Shown: positions 9,661-19,897, counted from the stretch's first letter. The stretch: DNA of 64,000 bases from Gemmatimonadota bacterium (GCA_965116475.1 OZ220691.1:576001-640000); one strand, 5' to 3'. Notes: generated from the letters alone by a model not told the origin. Program-made: numbers and translations.

Positions 9661-9727
9661 TGCGTTCCTTTCCGCCGTCAACCCGGAATCAACTGCGCGT
9701 TCGATCTGGCCGGCGGTCCTCGTTTCG

Positions 9728-10873
9728 CTACGGGTCCACCTGCCGATGGAATCTCTTCACGCCGTCCTCGATGGTCATGATGACGGCGCTCTTGGTCGGG
9801 TGGCGGGCGTCGTTGTAGTGGGAGATGCGCGTGGCTCCGGCGTATTGTCGGGTGGCCAGCATCTCCCGGCGGACGGCATCGGCGTCGAGACTGCCCGCCC
9901 GCGCCGCAGCCTCCAGAAACAACCGGACCGCATCATAGCTCACCGCGTCGCCGCCCGTCGGCATGATGCCGTACCGAGTCCGGTAGGTGTCGACGAACGC
10001 CCGCGCCGTCGGCTCGTCTGTGTCCGGTGAGAAGTGACCCGTGAAGAAGCTGCCATCCACGGCGGCGCTCCGGTTGTCGAGCAGCGCGGGGTTGTCCCAG
10101 GCATCGGCCCCGAGCAGCAAGACCGGTTCTCCGGCGGCGTCGAGCACCGGCAGAGCCCTTGCCTGCGCGCTCAGGAGGGCCACCTCCTCAGCCCGGCCCG
10201 GCACGAACACTGCGCGGGGAGTCACAGCCGCGATGCGCGCCAGTTGCGCGGAGAAATCCGTCGCGCCACGCTCGTACGAATCCTCGGCCACGATCGCGCC
10301 GCCGGAGCTGAGGAAATGATCGACGAAGAACTCCCCGATCCCCTCGCTGTATACGTCCCCCCGCTGGGTCAGAACGGCGGCGGTCGTCACTCCGAGCGCC
10401 CCCGCGGCGAACTCCGCCATGACGCGCCCCTGGAACTGGTCGGTGAACGCGGCCATGAAGACAAGGTCGCCAGCCGAGGTCACGCCCGGATTGGTGGCCG
10501 CCGTCGTGATCATCGGCACGCCGCGGCGCTGGGCGACGGCCCCCACCTCGATAGCGTGCGAAGAGCGGTTGGGGCCGATGACGGCGACGACCTGGTCACT
10601 GTCGATCAAGACCTCCGCGGCCTCGACCGCAGCCGCCGCTTCCTCGAGCCCCTCCCGGACGACGAGCTCGACGGTACGGCCCAACAGGCCCCCGCGGCCG
10701 TTGGTTTCGTCCACCGCGATCATCGCTCCGTTCGGATAGGTCCGGACACCCGAGACGAGGAAGCCGACTCTCACCGGGGCATCGTCGGCGTCCCCACCGG
10801 CTGTCGGCGACGTCCCATCGCCGCAGGCCGTCAGGAAGAGGGCCGCGACGCAGGCAGCATGAAGCAGTCTCAT
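9728..10873 (-). CDS. ABC transporter substrate-binding lipoprotein, LivJ/LivK-like
   Basis: Lipobox LTAC; NGRGGLLGR, VIGP..S, TDQFQG, TDFSAQL, YDAV motifs. No permease/ATPase genes adjacent. Confidence 0.9.
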   Translation of the reverse strand: MRLLHAACVAALFLTACGDGTSPTAGGDADDAPVRVGFLVSGVRTYPNGAMIAVDETNGRGGLLGRTVELVVREGLEEAAAAVEAAEVLIDSDQVVAVIGPNRSSHAIEVGAVAQRRGVPMITTAATNPGVTSAGDLVFMAAFTDQFQGRVMAEFAAGALGVTTAAVLTQRGDVYSEGIGEFFVDHFLSSGGAIVAEDSYERGATDFSAQLARIAAVTPRAVFVPGRAEEVALLSAQARALPVLDAAGEPVLLLGADAWDNPALLDNRSAAVDGSFFTGHFSPDTDEPTARAFVDTYRTRYGIMPTGGDAVSYDAVRLFLEAAARAGSLDADAVRREMLATRQYAGATRISHYNDARHPTKSAVIMTIEDGVKRFHRQVDP

Positions 10874-11128
10874 GGAGATAAACCTAATCGTTTTCTTGTG
10901 GACAATACATGTACTGCCGGCATGTTTTCGTGTCGATCTGATGTGTAGCGGTCGAGCGGGTCCCGGAGATCCGGTGTCCAGCTTCTGGCGGAGGTCGAGG
11001 GCTGCCGCACGCCCCTCCCCCGACAGGGGGTTGCCAACATCGCGGACGGGAAGAGTATGTCGCGTTCCCACGATCCGTCGCGGCCGTCGGAGGGGCCGCG
11101 GATCGAGCCGATACAGGAGGAGTAGAGC

Positions 11129-11686
11129 ATGAACAGGTACGTCGGACGAATCTTCCTGGGGGTGCTTGGCGTGGCGGTGGCCGGCGCCGTCCTTGCGCTG
11201 GGTGATGCCTGGACGGCGGTCGGCGTGGCCGAAGGGGTGAACCCGTTCCGCGCCGCACTCAGCCAGCTTGGGGTCTTGTACATCGTTGCGATGTTCGTCG
11301 AACGGTCGCTCGAGGTGCTCCTCAAGGCATGGCGGCAGGGCGGGAAGATCCGCCTCGAGGAAGAGGCGCGTTCAGCCGGAGAGGACGCAGCTGGAGAGGA
11401 CGGCAGGGCCGCAGCCGAGGCGAAGCTCCGGCAATACAGGCTGGGGACGCAGCGGCGGGCGCTTCTCTTCGGTTTGACGCTCGGCATCATGGTGTCGCTC
11501 GGTGGCGTGCGGCTGCTTGGCTCGATCTTCGAGTTCGGCACCGGAACCGCGCCCTTCCAGCGAGATCTGTTCCGGTTCACCGACGTCATCGTGACGGCCG
11601 GCCTGATCGCCGGGGGATCCGCTACCATCCACAAGCTGATGGCGTTCATCGAAGACCTGCTGAAGGCCAACCGAACCGCTCGATAA
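11129..11686 (+). CDS. Multi-pass membrane protein with holin-like C-terminal motif
   Basis: Strong AGGAGG RBS; about four hydrophobic segments; FVERSLEV and TAGLIAGGSATIHKL motifs. Confidence 0.8.
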   Translation: MNRYVGRIFLGVLGVAVAGAVLALGDAWTAVGVAEGVNPFRAALSQLGVLYIVAMFVERSLEVLLKAWRQGGKIRLEEEARSAGEDAAGEDGRAAAEAKLRQYRLGTQRRALLFGLTLGIMVSLGGVRLLGSIFEFGTGTAPFQRDLFRFTDVIVTAGLIAGGSATIHKLMAFIEDLLKANRTAR

Positions 11687-11697
11687 CGGCGACACGC

Positions 11698-13509
11698 ATG
11701 CATGATCCAAATGGCCCGCCCCCGGCGGCTGGCAACGGACGGGACGCCACCGGCGCCGCGGCGCACGGACCGGACTCGCTGGTCTTCAAGTCGGACCGGC
11801 CGTGGCCCAACGCCCGCCTGCGCGTGGGGGCGATCATCGGGCACGCCACATCGGATTCGGTGCGGTTGTGGCTGCGCACGGGGAGGCCGGGACGCTTCAC
11901 GCTGCTGCTCTACGATTGCGGCGAGGCGATGGGGTCGTCGTCGGTGCGGGCGGAACTGCGGGCCGCGCTCGGCCGGGTGCCGGTGTCGGCGGAGGAGACT
12001 GCCGACGCCCTGGCCGCGTTGCGCGCCGTGCCGTTCGAGGTGGCCGGCTACGCCGACGACACGACGCGCGTGCTGGACCTCGCGGATCTGCGGCCGGACA
12101 CGCGCTACGGCTACGCGCTGCACTCGGAGGACGACGGCGGCAAGGTGATCCTGGGACACAACCGCCTGCGCAGCTTTCGCACGCCTCCCGCCGAGGACGA
12201 GCGGCGCCCGTTCCATGTCGCGCTCTTCTCCTGTCACATGCCGTACCGCGTGAGCGGGCTGTTCCGGAAGCGGACGGATGTGGGCGACATCGATACGTGG
12301 GACTTCCTCGCCGCGACGCTCGCCCGGCACCGCGACAACGTCGACGTGGTGATCGCCGGCGGCGACCAGTGCTACAGCGACGGGGTGGCGACGCTGGACA
12401 TCTGGAAGCTGCTGAACCGCAGCATGCGCCGCGAGGGGGGCGAGTTGCTGCCCGACGAGCGCTCCATGCGCAGCTGGTACCGCGACATCTACCGGGGATA
12501 CTGGGGCTTCGAGGGCGTGCGCCGCGTCCTCGACGCCTACCCGACCTACATGATCTGGGACGACCACGAGATCGGCGACGGCTGGGGATCGCACTATCTC
12601 ACGGACGATCCCCCGTACGACGCCCCGTACGACAGCCTCGCACACATTCTTCCGGATCTCGAAGACCGGGGGCTGACCCGCGACGAGGGGCGGCGCCTGG
12701 TCCGCCGCATGTTCCGCGCGGCGTGCCACGTGTACCGGGAATACCAGCACAGCCACAATCCCCCGACGGAGGCCGTTGCGGAGGCCAGCGGGGATGCGCA
12801 CGACGTGTGGGACTACTCCTTCGCCAGGGGCGGGGCGGCGTTCTACGTCCTGGATGGCCGCGGCCACCGCGACATCGAGCGCGACGGCTTCCGGATCCTG
12901 GGCGAGGCCCAGTTTCGGCGCTTCGAGGCGTGGGCGGACGCGCTCGAGCCGGAGGAGACGCCGTTCATGTTCGTGGTCTCGGCGGTGCCCGTGCTCCACG
13001 CGAGGTCGGCCCTGGCGAACGCGGATCTCGAGTTCCCGCTCCGCGCGGCGGGCCTCGGCGACGATCTGCGCGATTCGTGGGAGCACAGCCTCCACGACGA
13101 GGAGCGGGCCGCCCTCATGGAGGTGCTGTTCCGGGCGGCGCGGCGCGGCGTGCGTCCCCTCGTCCTGAGCGGCGACGTGCACTGCTCGGCCGTCTTCAGC
13201 CTCAACGACGACGACGGGCACCGCGTCTGGCAACTCACCTCGAGCGCCGTGACCTACCACGTGCCGCGCGCGCTGGGCTGGGCGCTCCGCTTCGGCGCGG
13301 CCGACGACGGCGAGACCCCGGAGGGATACGGATTCAGGCGGCTCGCCCTCTACACGGGCACGTCCTACGCCCTCATCGAGGTCAATCCCGGCGCGGGAGA
13401 GGCCTGGTTCAAGCTGTACGGAAACCAGGTCGTCGAGGAACCGACCCCGGACCCGGGCCGGCGCGCCGTACCGCTAAGCCACTCGGTCGCCAAAATCAAA
13501 CTCTTCTGA
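11698..13509 (+). CDS. PhoD-like (alkaline phosphatase D family) metallophosphoesterase without signal peptide
   Basis: FSC, GDQCYSD, WDDHE, LDGR, DSW, LSGDVH motifs; N-terminal FN3/purple-acid-phosphatase-like region (LRPDTRYGY). Confidence 0.88.
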   Translation: MHDPNGPPPAAGNGRDATGAAAHGPDSLVFKSDRPWPNARLRVGAIIGHATSDSVRLWLRTGRPGRFTLLLYDCGEAMGSSSVRAELRAALGRVPVSAEETADALAALRAVPFEVAGYADDTTRVLDLADLRPDTRYGYALHSEDDGGKVILGHNRLRSFRTPPAEDERRPFHVALFSCHMPYRVSGLFRKRTDVGDIDTWDFLAATLARHRDNVDVVIAGGDQCYSDGVATLDIWKLLNRSMRREGGELLPDERSMRSWYRDIYRGYWGFEGVRRVLDAYPTYMIWDDHEIGDGWGSHYLTDDPPYDAPYDSLAHILPDLEDRGLTRDEGRRLVRRMFRAACHVYREYQHSHNPPTEAVAEASGDAHDVWDYSFARGGAAFYVLDGRGHRDIERDGFRILGEAQFRRFEAWADALEPEETPFMFVVSAVPVLHARSALANADLEFPLRAAGLGDDLRDSWEHSLHDEERAALMEVLFRAARRGVRPLVLSGDVHCSAVFSLNDDDGHRVWQLTSSAVTYHVPRALGWALRFGAADDGETPEGYGFRRLALYTGTSYALIEVNPGAGEAWFKLYGNQVVEEPTPDPGRRAVPLSHSVAKIKLF

Positions 13510-13546
13510 CGACGCCGGCCGGCGTGTCCGGCCCCCGCCCCTCGTA

Positions 13547-14146
13547 CTATCCGCCCAACTGGGCGTCGACGATTATCGCGGACAGCAGTGCGAGGCCTGC
13601 CCCCACCGCGAACCCGAGCGCGAGCCATGCCAGGTTGACCATCTGCTTGCCGGTCGTGTCGCCAATCGCCGCCAGCCGCGACATCAGGGCGGTCTCGGCC
13701 TGCGGATCTCCACCCTCCTCACCCTCCTCACCCTCTTCCACAGACTCCGAATCTGTGCTCATCCCGCTCGCCAGGGCCCGGCGAACGCTCCTGTTGACGC
13801 GTCCGCCCATCAGGAGGGCGAGCATGAAAAGCAGCAATGCGAACCAACCCACCGCGTCCGACACGACGATCACGGTCATGCCGGCGATCCCGACGAGGAC
13901 GCCCACCGCGAACACGAGTCGGAAACGCCCCGGGAGTCCGTCCGACGCCTCGCTTTGGGCGTCCAGGTAGCTCCTCACTTCCAGCTGGGAGATCTGGCTG
14001 GCGAGGGCGCCCATCAGGAGGCCGAAGAGAATGATCCAGAGCGCCGCGGCTCCGGCGGTCGCCATGGCCATTGTGAAGAATGTGGCAAGCCCGAGGCCGA
14101 AGACCGGCAGGACCAGCGACGGGATGCGCTTCGAACCTTCGGTCAT
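13547..14146 (-). CDS. Hypothetical membrane protein (about 5 TM)
   Basis: Multiple hydrophobic helices and an acidic loop; GAGGGGG RBS. Confidence 0.7.
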   Translation of the reverse strand: MTEGSKRIPSLVLPVFGLGLATFFTMAMATAGAAALWIILFGLLMGALASQISQLEVRSYLDAQSEASDGLPGRFRLVFAVGVLVGIAGMTVIVVSDAVGWFALLLFMLALLMGGRVNRSVRRALASGMSTDSESVEEGEEGEEGGDPQAETALMSRLAAIGDTTGKQMVNLAWLALGFAVGAGLALLSAIIVDAQLGG

Positions 14147-14156
14147 GGATCCCCCC

Positions 14157-15071
14157 TCAGTACAGGCCGCTCGCCTTCAGATAATCCAGGGTCGCGGCCG
14201 CGCTCGCCTCCGGCTGCTCCAGCTGCAGGAGGTGCGTTCCTCCGGGCAGGTAGGCGTAGTCCACGGTCGGAATGTGATGGAGTTCGGTGGTCGGAAAATA
14301 GGTGTGCGGGATGGCGGGGTCGGCCCCCATGACCATCGTCGGACAGGCGAGAGCCCCGAAGTCGATCAACGCCGCGTACTGTCCGCCGTACCTGTAGATC
14401 TGGGCCTCGTATTCGCGGGGACAACGGAGAATGTAGCCGTCCCCGTCCGGGCTTCGGCGCAGCGTCGTCCGGGCCATGAGACGGCGGACGCCGGGGACCA
14501 CATGCTGGAAGGCGGGCATGTGACGAAGCACCTCCGCGAAGTCCGCGCGGGTCGGATACCGGTCCGCGCGCGCAAGCGTCATCGTGGCCGCCCGCCTCGC
14601 CACGTCGGGACACTCCTCCCGGGCGGGGCCGAACTCGCACAGCGGCGGATCGAAAAGCACGCGGGCCGTGAACTCCCCCCCTCGCGTCGGGGACAGCAGG
14701 GAGACCAGCCCGGAGAGCGAATGGAACACGCCGGCCTGCGGCTTCTTCCCGAATCCCCGCTCGATGGCGTCCTGGATGCGCAGGTGGTCATCGATGAGTG
14801 TGGGCACATGGTGGCTGCGCAGCGGCCCGGGAGTGTTCCAGCCGTGGTTCCTGAGGTCGTAGAGCACGAGATCGAAGGCGTCCGCGAACTGCGACCAGAA
14901 CGGGTAATAGAGGTCGATCGCGAGGCTGTTGCCGTGGCTGAGCACGATGCGCGGGCCGGAGGGATTCCCGTGACGCCGGAGCGTGATCACGGCGCCGTCG
15001 CCCAGGCGCACGTCATGCACGGCAAGGGGCTCGGGCACCTGCCAGACCTGCGTGCGTTCAGGGTCACTCAT
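14157..15071 (-). CDS. Alpha/beta hydrolase fold protein
   Basis: LSHGN, YDLRNHG, nucleophile elbow FHSLSG, LFDP, C-terminal GTHLLQLEQP. Confidence 0.85.
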   Translation of the reverse strand: MSDPERTQVWQVPEPLAVHDVRLGDGAVITLRRHGNPSGPRIVLSHGNSLAIDLYYPFWSQFADAFDLVLYDLRNHGWNTPGPLRSHHVPTLIDDHLRIQDAIERGFGKKPQAGVFHSLSGLVSLLSPTRGGEFTARVLFDPPLCEFGPAREECPDVARRAATMTLARADRYPTRADFAEVLRHMPAFQHVVPGVRRLMARTTLRRSPDGDGYILRCPREYEAQIYRYGGQYAALIDFGALACPTMVMGADPAIPHTYFPTTELHHIPTVDYAYLPGGTHLLQLEQPEASAAATLDYLKASGLY

Positions 15072-15345
15072 GGCGGAGCCGGGCGAGGGTTGACGGTCGG
15101 CGCGATCACGGCGCAAGCCGCGGGGGCCGCGGAGTCCGCGGGGGGCCGGAGAACGCATAGGGTCGAACGCGATGCCCCGGCATGTCAACCCGCGGGCGAC
15201 CCACGATCGGCGAGACGGTTGCCGGCCGGCATCCGTCGCAATCGGTGGCCGGAAGGCGTTCTACATGAGTCCCCTGCGCGCCACGCGCGGCGGGCTCAAC
15301 TGACGCGATTCCGTGTTCCGGCCGGTTCAGAAAGCGAGTGTAGCC

Positions 15346-15987
15346 ATGAGGACCCGTTCCGCCCTGCTGGGCCTCCTGACGTTGGTCGTGGGCGGGTGCG
15401 CGAGCATCCCGAGCGAGGCGCCGGAGCTGTCGCAAACCCTCGGTCAGCGGATCAAGGCTCTGGAGAACGCCAACGTCACGCTCCTGGAGCGGTACTTCGA
15501 CCTCAAGCGCCGTGAGATCGACCGTTTTCTCGCCGAGAAATGGGTGCCGCGGTTCGCCCGGAACATCTTCGGCAACCCGCAGGTGGCCGCGGAGTGGCGC
15601 CGCATCGTCGAGGACGGGAGCGACGCGGACCGCCTCCAGTTTCTGGTCGATGCCGGCCCCGCCCTTCAGATGCAGATCAACGACAAGCGTCTGGAGCTGG
15701 TGGCGCCGCTCGACGCGCTGGAGCGTCAGATCGGCCGGAGCATCAAACGGGCGTATGACGAAGCGGCGGCGATCAACAACACGCTCACCAGCTTCCTCTG
15801 GTCCGCGGCCGAGGTCGCCGAGAACCGCGATCGCTTTCTCGAGGCGGGCGGCGTGACGGAGGACCGGGTGTCCAGCGTGATCGACGGGGTCGACAGCGCC
15901 GTGTCGCGCCTGGTTTCGGGCGCTGGCGAGGCCAACGAGTACCTGGAAAAGCTCGAAGAGATCAAGACGACGATCGCGGGCAGCTGA
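15346..15987 (+). CDS. Hypothetical helical lipoprotein
   Basis: Signal peptide with VGGC lipobox; coiled-coil-like mature region. Confidence 0.8.
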   Translation: MRTRSALLGLLTLVVGGCASIPSEAPELSQTLGQRIKALENANVTLLERYFDLKRREIDRFLAEKWVPRFARNIFGNPQVAAEWRRIVEDGSDADRLQFLVDAGPALQMQINDKRLELVAPLDALERQIGRSIKRAYDEAAAINNTLTSFLWSAAEVAENRDRFLEAGGVTEDRVSSVIDGVDSAVSRLVSGAGEANEYLEKLEEIKTTIAGS

Positions 15988-16010
15988 CGCACGGGAGAGG
16001 AGAACGACCC

Positions 16011-16274
16011 ATGGGCCTGGACTGGAGCAAGATCGCCGCGGAGGCTGCGGAGGAGACCGACCGTCAGCTGGCCGGCGATATCTCGTCACTCACCACGATG
16101 ACCGACCGCGAGATCGATGAGCTGTTCCCCACCCACGACGACAAGCGGCGCCTGGCCGAGCTGATGGAGATCGTGAACGGCGCGGACCAGCGGAACGAGA
16201 AGATCAACCGGATCGTCGCCAATATCGACGACCTCGCCGGCACGGTCCTCAAGATCGCCCAAAAGCTGGGCTAG
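16011..16274 (+). CDS. Small hypothetical helical protein, co-transcribed with the lipoprotein
   Basis: GAGGAG RBS, 87 aa, typical codon bias, 23 nt downstream of previous gene. Confidence 0.8.
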   Translation: MGLDWSKIAAEAAEETDRQLAGDISSLTTMTDREIDELFPTHDDKRRLAELMEIVNGADQRNEKINRIVANIDDLAGTVLKIAQKLG

Positions 16275-16343
16275 CTGTAGATGCCACGATGGTTGTTCAC
16301 TGGATCGACGCCCGCCGCGCGTGAGTAGCGGCTGACTCGCCGC

Positions 16344-16365
16344 GGACGTTCCCGCGGGAACGTCC
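16344..16365. repeat. Perfect palindrome GGACGTTCCCGCGGGAACGTCC, copy 1
   Basis: 22-bp palindrome between convergent genes; core recurs at 22498, 38297, 51911. Confidence 0.9.
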
Positions 16366-16451
16366 CGCACGCTGAGACCCCGTTGAAACCGCGCTTGAGT
16401 CGCGCTGAGACGGCAACCTCGATCTCGCGGATCACCATGCCCGGCCTTATT

Positions 16452-17108
16452 TCAGCCGACGGGGACGATCGCGCCGGCCTGGATCGCCACGAACCTCGTC
16501 GTCTGGTCCGAAAACGACGTCAATCCGTGGTAGTAGATGGCTTCCACGCCGAGACTCAACCGGCTCGAGAGTGCGGCCTCTACGCCCCCGCCGACCGCGA
16601 CACCCGCGTCGGGCGTGTCGGGGTCGATGCCGGCGCAGGTCGTATTTTGCCTGCCGTCCGCGTCGCACCACAGCCGGAGCGCCACCCACGGGCCGGCCAG
16701 GAGGCGCACCGACAGCGGGCCGAGCGACCTGTCGCGGATGCGAGCGCCCAGAAACGATGAGAGCTGAAAGTAGCCCGCGGAAAGTCTGCCGCTGATGGGG
16801 TCGGGGTTCGCTCCGTGTTCAAACCCGGCGCCCCCCTTTACGGCGTACGAACCGCCGATGCGGACTTCGTACGGATCGACCGCGAGGGGCACCGTCAGGT
16901 CGGCTCCGAAGGTGAAGCTGCCCGCCGGGTCGTTCGGGAAGCCCGGGCAGGTCACGCCCGGCGGGCATGGCGCGAAGTAGACATCGTCTCGCAGATCCAT
17001 GCGCGCGATCCCCACTCCGGCGCGCACCCCAAGCGTCGTCTGCGCGGCGGCAGGCAACGGAACGGACAGCAGGATTCATCCCGCCAACACTGACGTCCGT
17101 ATTCGCAC
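16452..17108 (-). pseudogene. Outer-membrane beta-barrel paralog 1, TGA in signal peptide
   Basis: GTG 17108 after AAGGGGGG: VRIRTSVLAG*ILLSVPLPAAAQTTLGVRAG; stop at 17076-17078; C-terminal AIQAGAIVPVG like paralogs. Confidence 0.72.
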
Positions 17109-17320
17109 ATCCCCCCCTTGGTCAAAGGCATGATAACGCCGGTCCGTCCTCCCGTTCCTACCGATCCGAGCACCGTATGGTCCTCCGCGCGAAGTATGGG
17201 TGGCCGGACAAAGTGTACCGGGGTACGGCATGTCGTATCTTGGCGGCGACACGAGACCGGGGTGCCGCCCCGGCCGACGCGCGACGAAACCGAAACCTGG
17301 GCTTCGGAGGCCCGCAAGCC

Positions 17321-17746
17321 GTGAGCATCGACACCACCTTCCTGCGCCGCTGCATCGCTTCGCTGGAGCGGGCGGTCGAGGGTTTCGAAGGGCAGGAGGA
17401 CCGCGAGGATGTCATGTACGACATCTACCGCGCCGCCTGCGTCAAGGGGTTCGAACTCGTGCTCGAGCAGAGCGGCAAGCTGCTTCGCAAACGGCTCGCC
17501 GCCTGGTTCGCCAGCAACCGCCAGGCGGATCGTCTGCACTTCAAGGACCTGTTCCGCCATGCGGCCCGCCACGACCTCATCGACTGCGAAGCGGCCGAGC
17601 GGTGGCTGCGCTACCGCGACAACCGGAACGAGACGGCGCACAACTACGGCGAGGACTTCGCCGAAGCCACCCTGAAGCTGCTGCCGGACTTCATCGGCGA
17701 CGCCCGGGCGCTCGCCGACATGATCGACCGGGCGGACGATGCCTGA
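17321..17746 (+). CDS. HEPN toxin, HI0074 / nucleotidyltransferase substrate-binding family
   Basis: FELVLE, FKDLFR, RNETAHNY (Rx4H then Y); GGAGG RBS before GTG. Confidence 0.9.
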   Translation: MSIDTTFLRRCIASLERAVEGFEGQEDREDVMYDIYRAACVKGFELVLEQSGKLLRKRLAAWFASNRQADRLHFKDLFRHAARHDLIDCEAAERWLRYRDNRNETAHNYGEDFAEATLKLLPDFIGDARALADMIDRADDA

Positions 17747-18068
17747 CCGCGTTCACCTGCCCGCCCGGCATCGGCGGGTTCTCGAGGCGCTGCTCCGGGA
17801 ACACCTGCCGGATGTCGAGGTGTGGGCCTACGGAAGCCGGGTGAGTGGCCTCGGCCACGACGGAAGCGACCTCGATCTGGTGCTGCGGGGGCCGAAACTT
17901 GAAGAGATCCCCGTCGATCGACTGATGGACTTCGAGGAGGCCGTGCGGGAGTCCACGATTCCGTTCCTCGTCGAGGCGCGGGACTGGGCGCGGCTCCCGG
18001 AGCGGTTCCATCGCGAGATCGAACGGGAGTACGTGGTGGTCGCAGCGGGAGGCCCCTGGAGCGCTTGA
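17739..18068 (+). CDS. Minimal nucleotidyltransferase (MNT) antitoxin
   Basis: GS-x10-DLD motif (YGSRVSGLGHDGSDLDL); overlaps HEPN gene. Confidence 0.9.
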   Translation: MPDRVHLPARHRRVLEALLREHLPDVEVWAYGSRVSGLGHDGSDLDLVLRGPKLEEIPVDRLMDFEEAVRESTIPFLVEARDWARLPERFHREIEREYVVVAAGGPWSA

Positions 18069-18099
18069 CCGCCGAGGAAGTGTTTGCAGGTGCGGCGGT

Positions 18100-18519
18100 T
18101 CAGAGCACTCTGAACCCCTCGCGGCGCGCGGCGGCCGAGAGACGATCGTCGCTGCTGACCAGGTCCAGCCGCTGCGGATCTTCGCCGGCGGCCGTCAGCG
18201 CCGCGGCCAACTGCAACGCGTCGGCCGCGCGCAGCGGATGAAGCCGAAGCAGTCTGATCGCGCGCTTGCGAACCTGCTCCAGAGGCTCGATCTCGATCCA
18301 ACTCCCGGCCAACAGCCCAAGCTGGTCGAGGGACCGGTCGAGCCCGTCTCCCTCGAAACGGCCGTCGCGCTCCAGGCGGTTCAGAGCCGATGCGCATTCG
18401 ATCCGGCTTCCCCACCACGTCACGATCACCGGATCCCGGCGGATCGTCGCTCGGCGCTCGGCACTTCGCGGTTGGTCCAGCACGAGCGCGACCAGAGCTG
18501 AGGAGTCCCAGTACTTCAA
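18100..18519 (-). CDS. vapC: VapC-family PIN toxin
   Basis: YWDSSALV, E, DALQLAAA, SSDDRL acidic residues. Confidence 0.9.
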   Translation of the reverse strand: MKYWDSSALVALVLDQPRSAERRATIRRDPVIVTWWGSRIECASALNRLERDGRFEGDGLDRSLDQLGLLAGSWIEIEPLEQVRKRAIRLLRLHPLRAADALQLAAALTAAGEDPQRLDLVSSDDRLSAAARREGFRVL

Positions 18520-18815
18520 TCGCGCGCGCTGCGCTCGGCCACGATGATCTCGCTGGCCGTGTCGCCCTCGCTCGCGCGAACGAGGGGGGCATCCAGGAAG
18601 CGATCGACATCGAGAGGGGCGCGCGGCGGGACCGCAACGCCCCGCCGCAGGAGTTCGACCACGGCCTGCTCGGCGCCGGGGCCGTCGACCTGGCAGGGCT
18701 CGATCCGCGCGACGGGCCGTCCGCGGTGCGTGATCAGTACCGCCTCTCCACGCCGAACTTCGCTCAGCAACCCACTGAGTCCGTTCTTCGCCTCGCTGAC
18801 GCTGGCTCGTTTCAT
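18516..18815 (-). CDS. Phd/YefM-family antitoxin
   Basis: SVSEAKNGLSGLL..V..GE.VLITHRGRPVARI; 4-nt overlap with vapC. Confidence 0.92.
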   Translation of the reverse strand: MKRASVSEAKNGLSGLLSEVRRGEAVLITHRGRPVARIEPCQVDGPGAEQAVVELLRRGVAVPPRAPLDVDRFLDAPLVRASEGDTASEIIVAERSARD

Positions 18816-18890
18816 CTGGCTATAATGGCCATATGGATATGGTCCGTCAAGCGTTCCTGGACACGACCCCTCTGCACTGCCCGAGTTACC

Positions 18891-19676
18891 TCACCCGATG
18901 GCGAACACGAGGCCGCCCTGGAAGGCTACGTGGGCGGTCTTTCGCCCTTCATCGTCGATGTTGGAGAGGCCCCTGGCGTAGATGACCTCGAACCCCAGGC
19001 CCATCGAATCGGTCAGTCGCACCTCGAACCCGCCGCCGACGGCGAGTCCGAAGTCGGTGGACTTGACCGCGCTCACGCCGCCCTCCCCGCAGGCCACCGC
19101 CGCGTCCTCCGCGCTCGCCGTCCGTCCCGCGCCCCCGGTTCCTCCCGCGCTGACGCGGCTGGGAATCCCCGGCGGAACCTCGGGGCGGAGGGGCCCGGGA
19201 TCGACGGACGACACCGCCACCTGGCACGAGAGGTTGAAGGCTACGTAGGGCCCGGCGAGCAGGCCAAAGCTGAGACCGCCCCCTTCGGCGTCGGTGCCCG
19301 CCCGGAAGAGCGCGGAGAGCTGCAGGTAGTCCATCTCGGCCTTCGACTCGGAGAGCAGGCGGCTCGCGACGATCGAGGGCGGCACCTCCGCGGCGCCACC
19401 CTTCTGGAGCAGTCCCAGGCCGAGGCGCACGCCCAGGCCGCCGCTCAGCGGCATCCCCGCGTCCACCCCCGCCACGATCCCGCCCCTGGGTTCGTCGAAC
19501 GCGGATGCGCCTCGCGTGTCCCGGTCACCCGCGGACAGGGATGCGGAACCGAGGCCGACCCTCACGCCGATGGTCGTCTGCGCCGCGAGCGGCAGGGCGA
19601 GCGGTGCGGCCGCCAGCGCGAAACCCAGGGCCAGAGCGTGGATGGCGGCTTGCGCGGAACTACGTCCTGCGGACAT
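18891..19676 (-). CDS. Outer-membrane beta-barrel paralog 2
   Basis: Signal peptide then AQTTIGVRVG, QKGG, DYLQ, GPY...C...C, TDFGLAVGGG. Confidence 0.85.
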   Translation of the reverse strand: MSAGRSSAQAAIHALALGFALAAAPLALPLAAQTTIGVRVGLGSASLSAGDRDTRGASAFDEPRGGIVAGVDAGMPLSGGLGVRLGLGLLQKGGAAEVPPSIVASRLLSESKAEMDYLQLSALFRAGTDAEGGGLSFGLLAGPYVAFNLSCQVAVSSVDPGPLRPEVPPGIPSRVSAGGTGGAGRTASAEDAAVACGEGGVSAVKSTDFGLAVGGGFEVRLTDSMGLGFEVIYARGLSNIDDEGRKTAHVAFQGGLVFAIG

Positions 19677-19897
19677 GGCGTCTCCCCCCATGCGAATTGT
19701 GTACGCTGGCAGCCACCCACCAACCCCGCGGCGGCGACCCCTCCCCGCCCCATTCTCCGCCGTTGGGCTCCGATCATCAACCGGCGCGCTGTTGAGGTGT
19801 CTTCCTGCCTTTGTATTATGTGTGACGGTCGTGTGACGGCCGCTTGAAATCCATGCGACCGCATCCTTCACTCTCACACATCCCAGGTCTCCGACCC

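Noticed and set aside
10870..13260. 796-aa minus-strand ORF, and similar long ORFs at 11802-13970, 27929-30112, 35218-38277, 42476-44755, 54525-56663, 56572-59313 and 59912-62170
   Set aside because: Antisense or alternate-frame shadows of well-supported genes in high-GC DNA; no recognisable motifs.
17076..17078. In-frame TGA as selenocysteine or recoding
   Set aside because: It lies in a signal-peptide hydrophobic core and TGA is a normal stop elsewhere in the window; a nonsense mutation or sequencing error is simpler.
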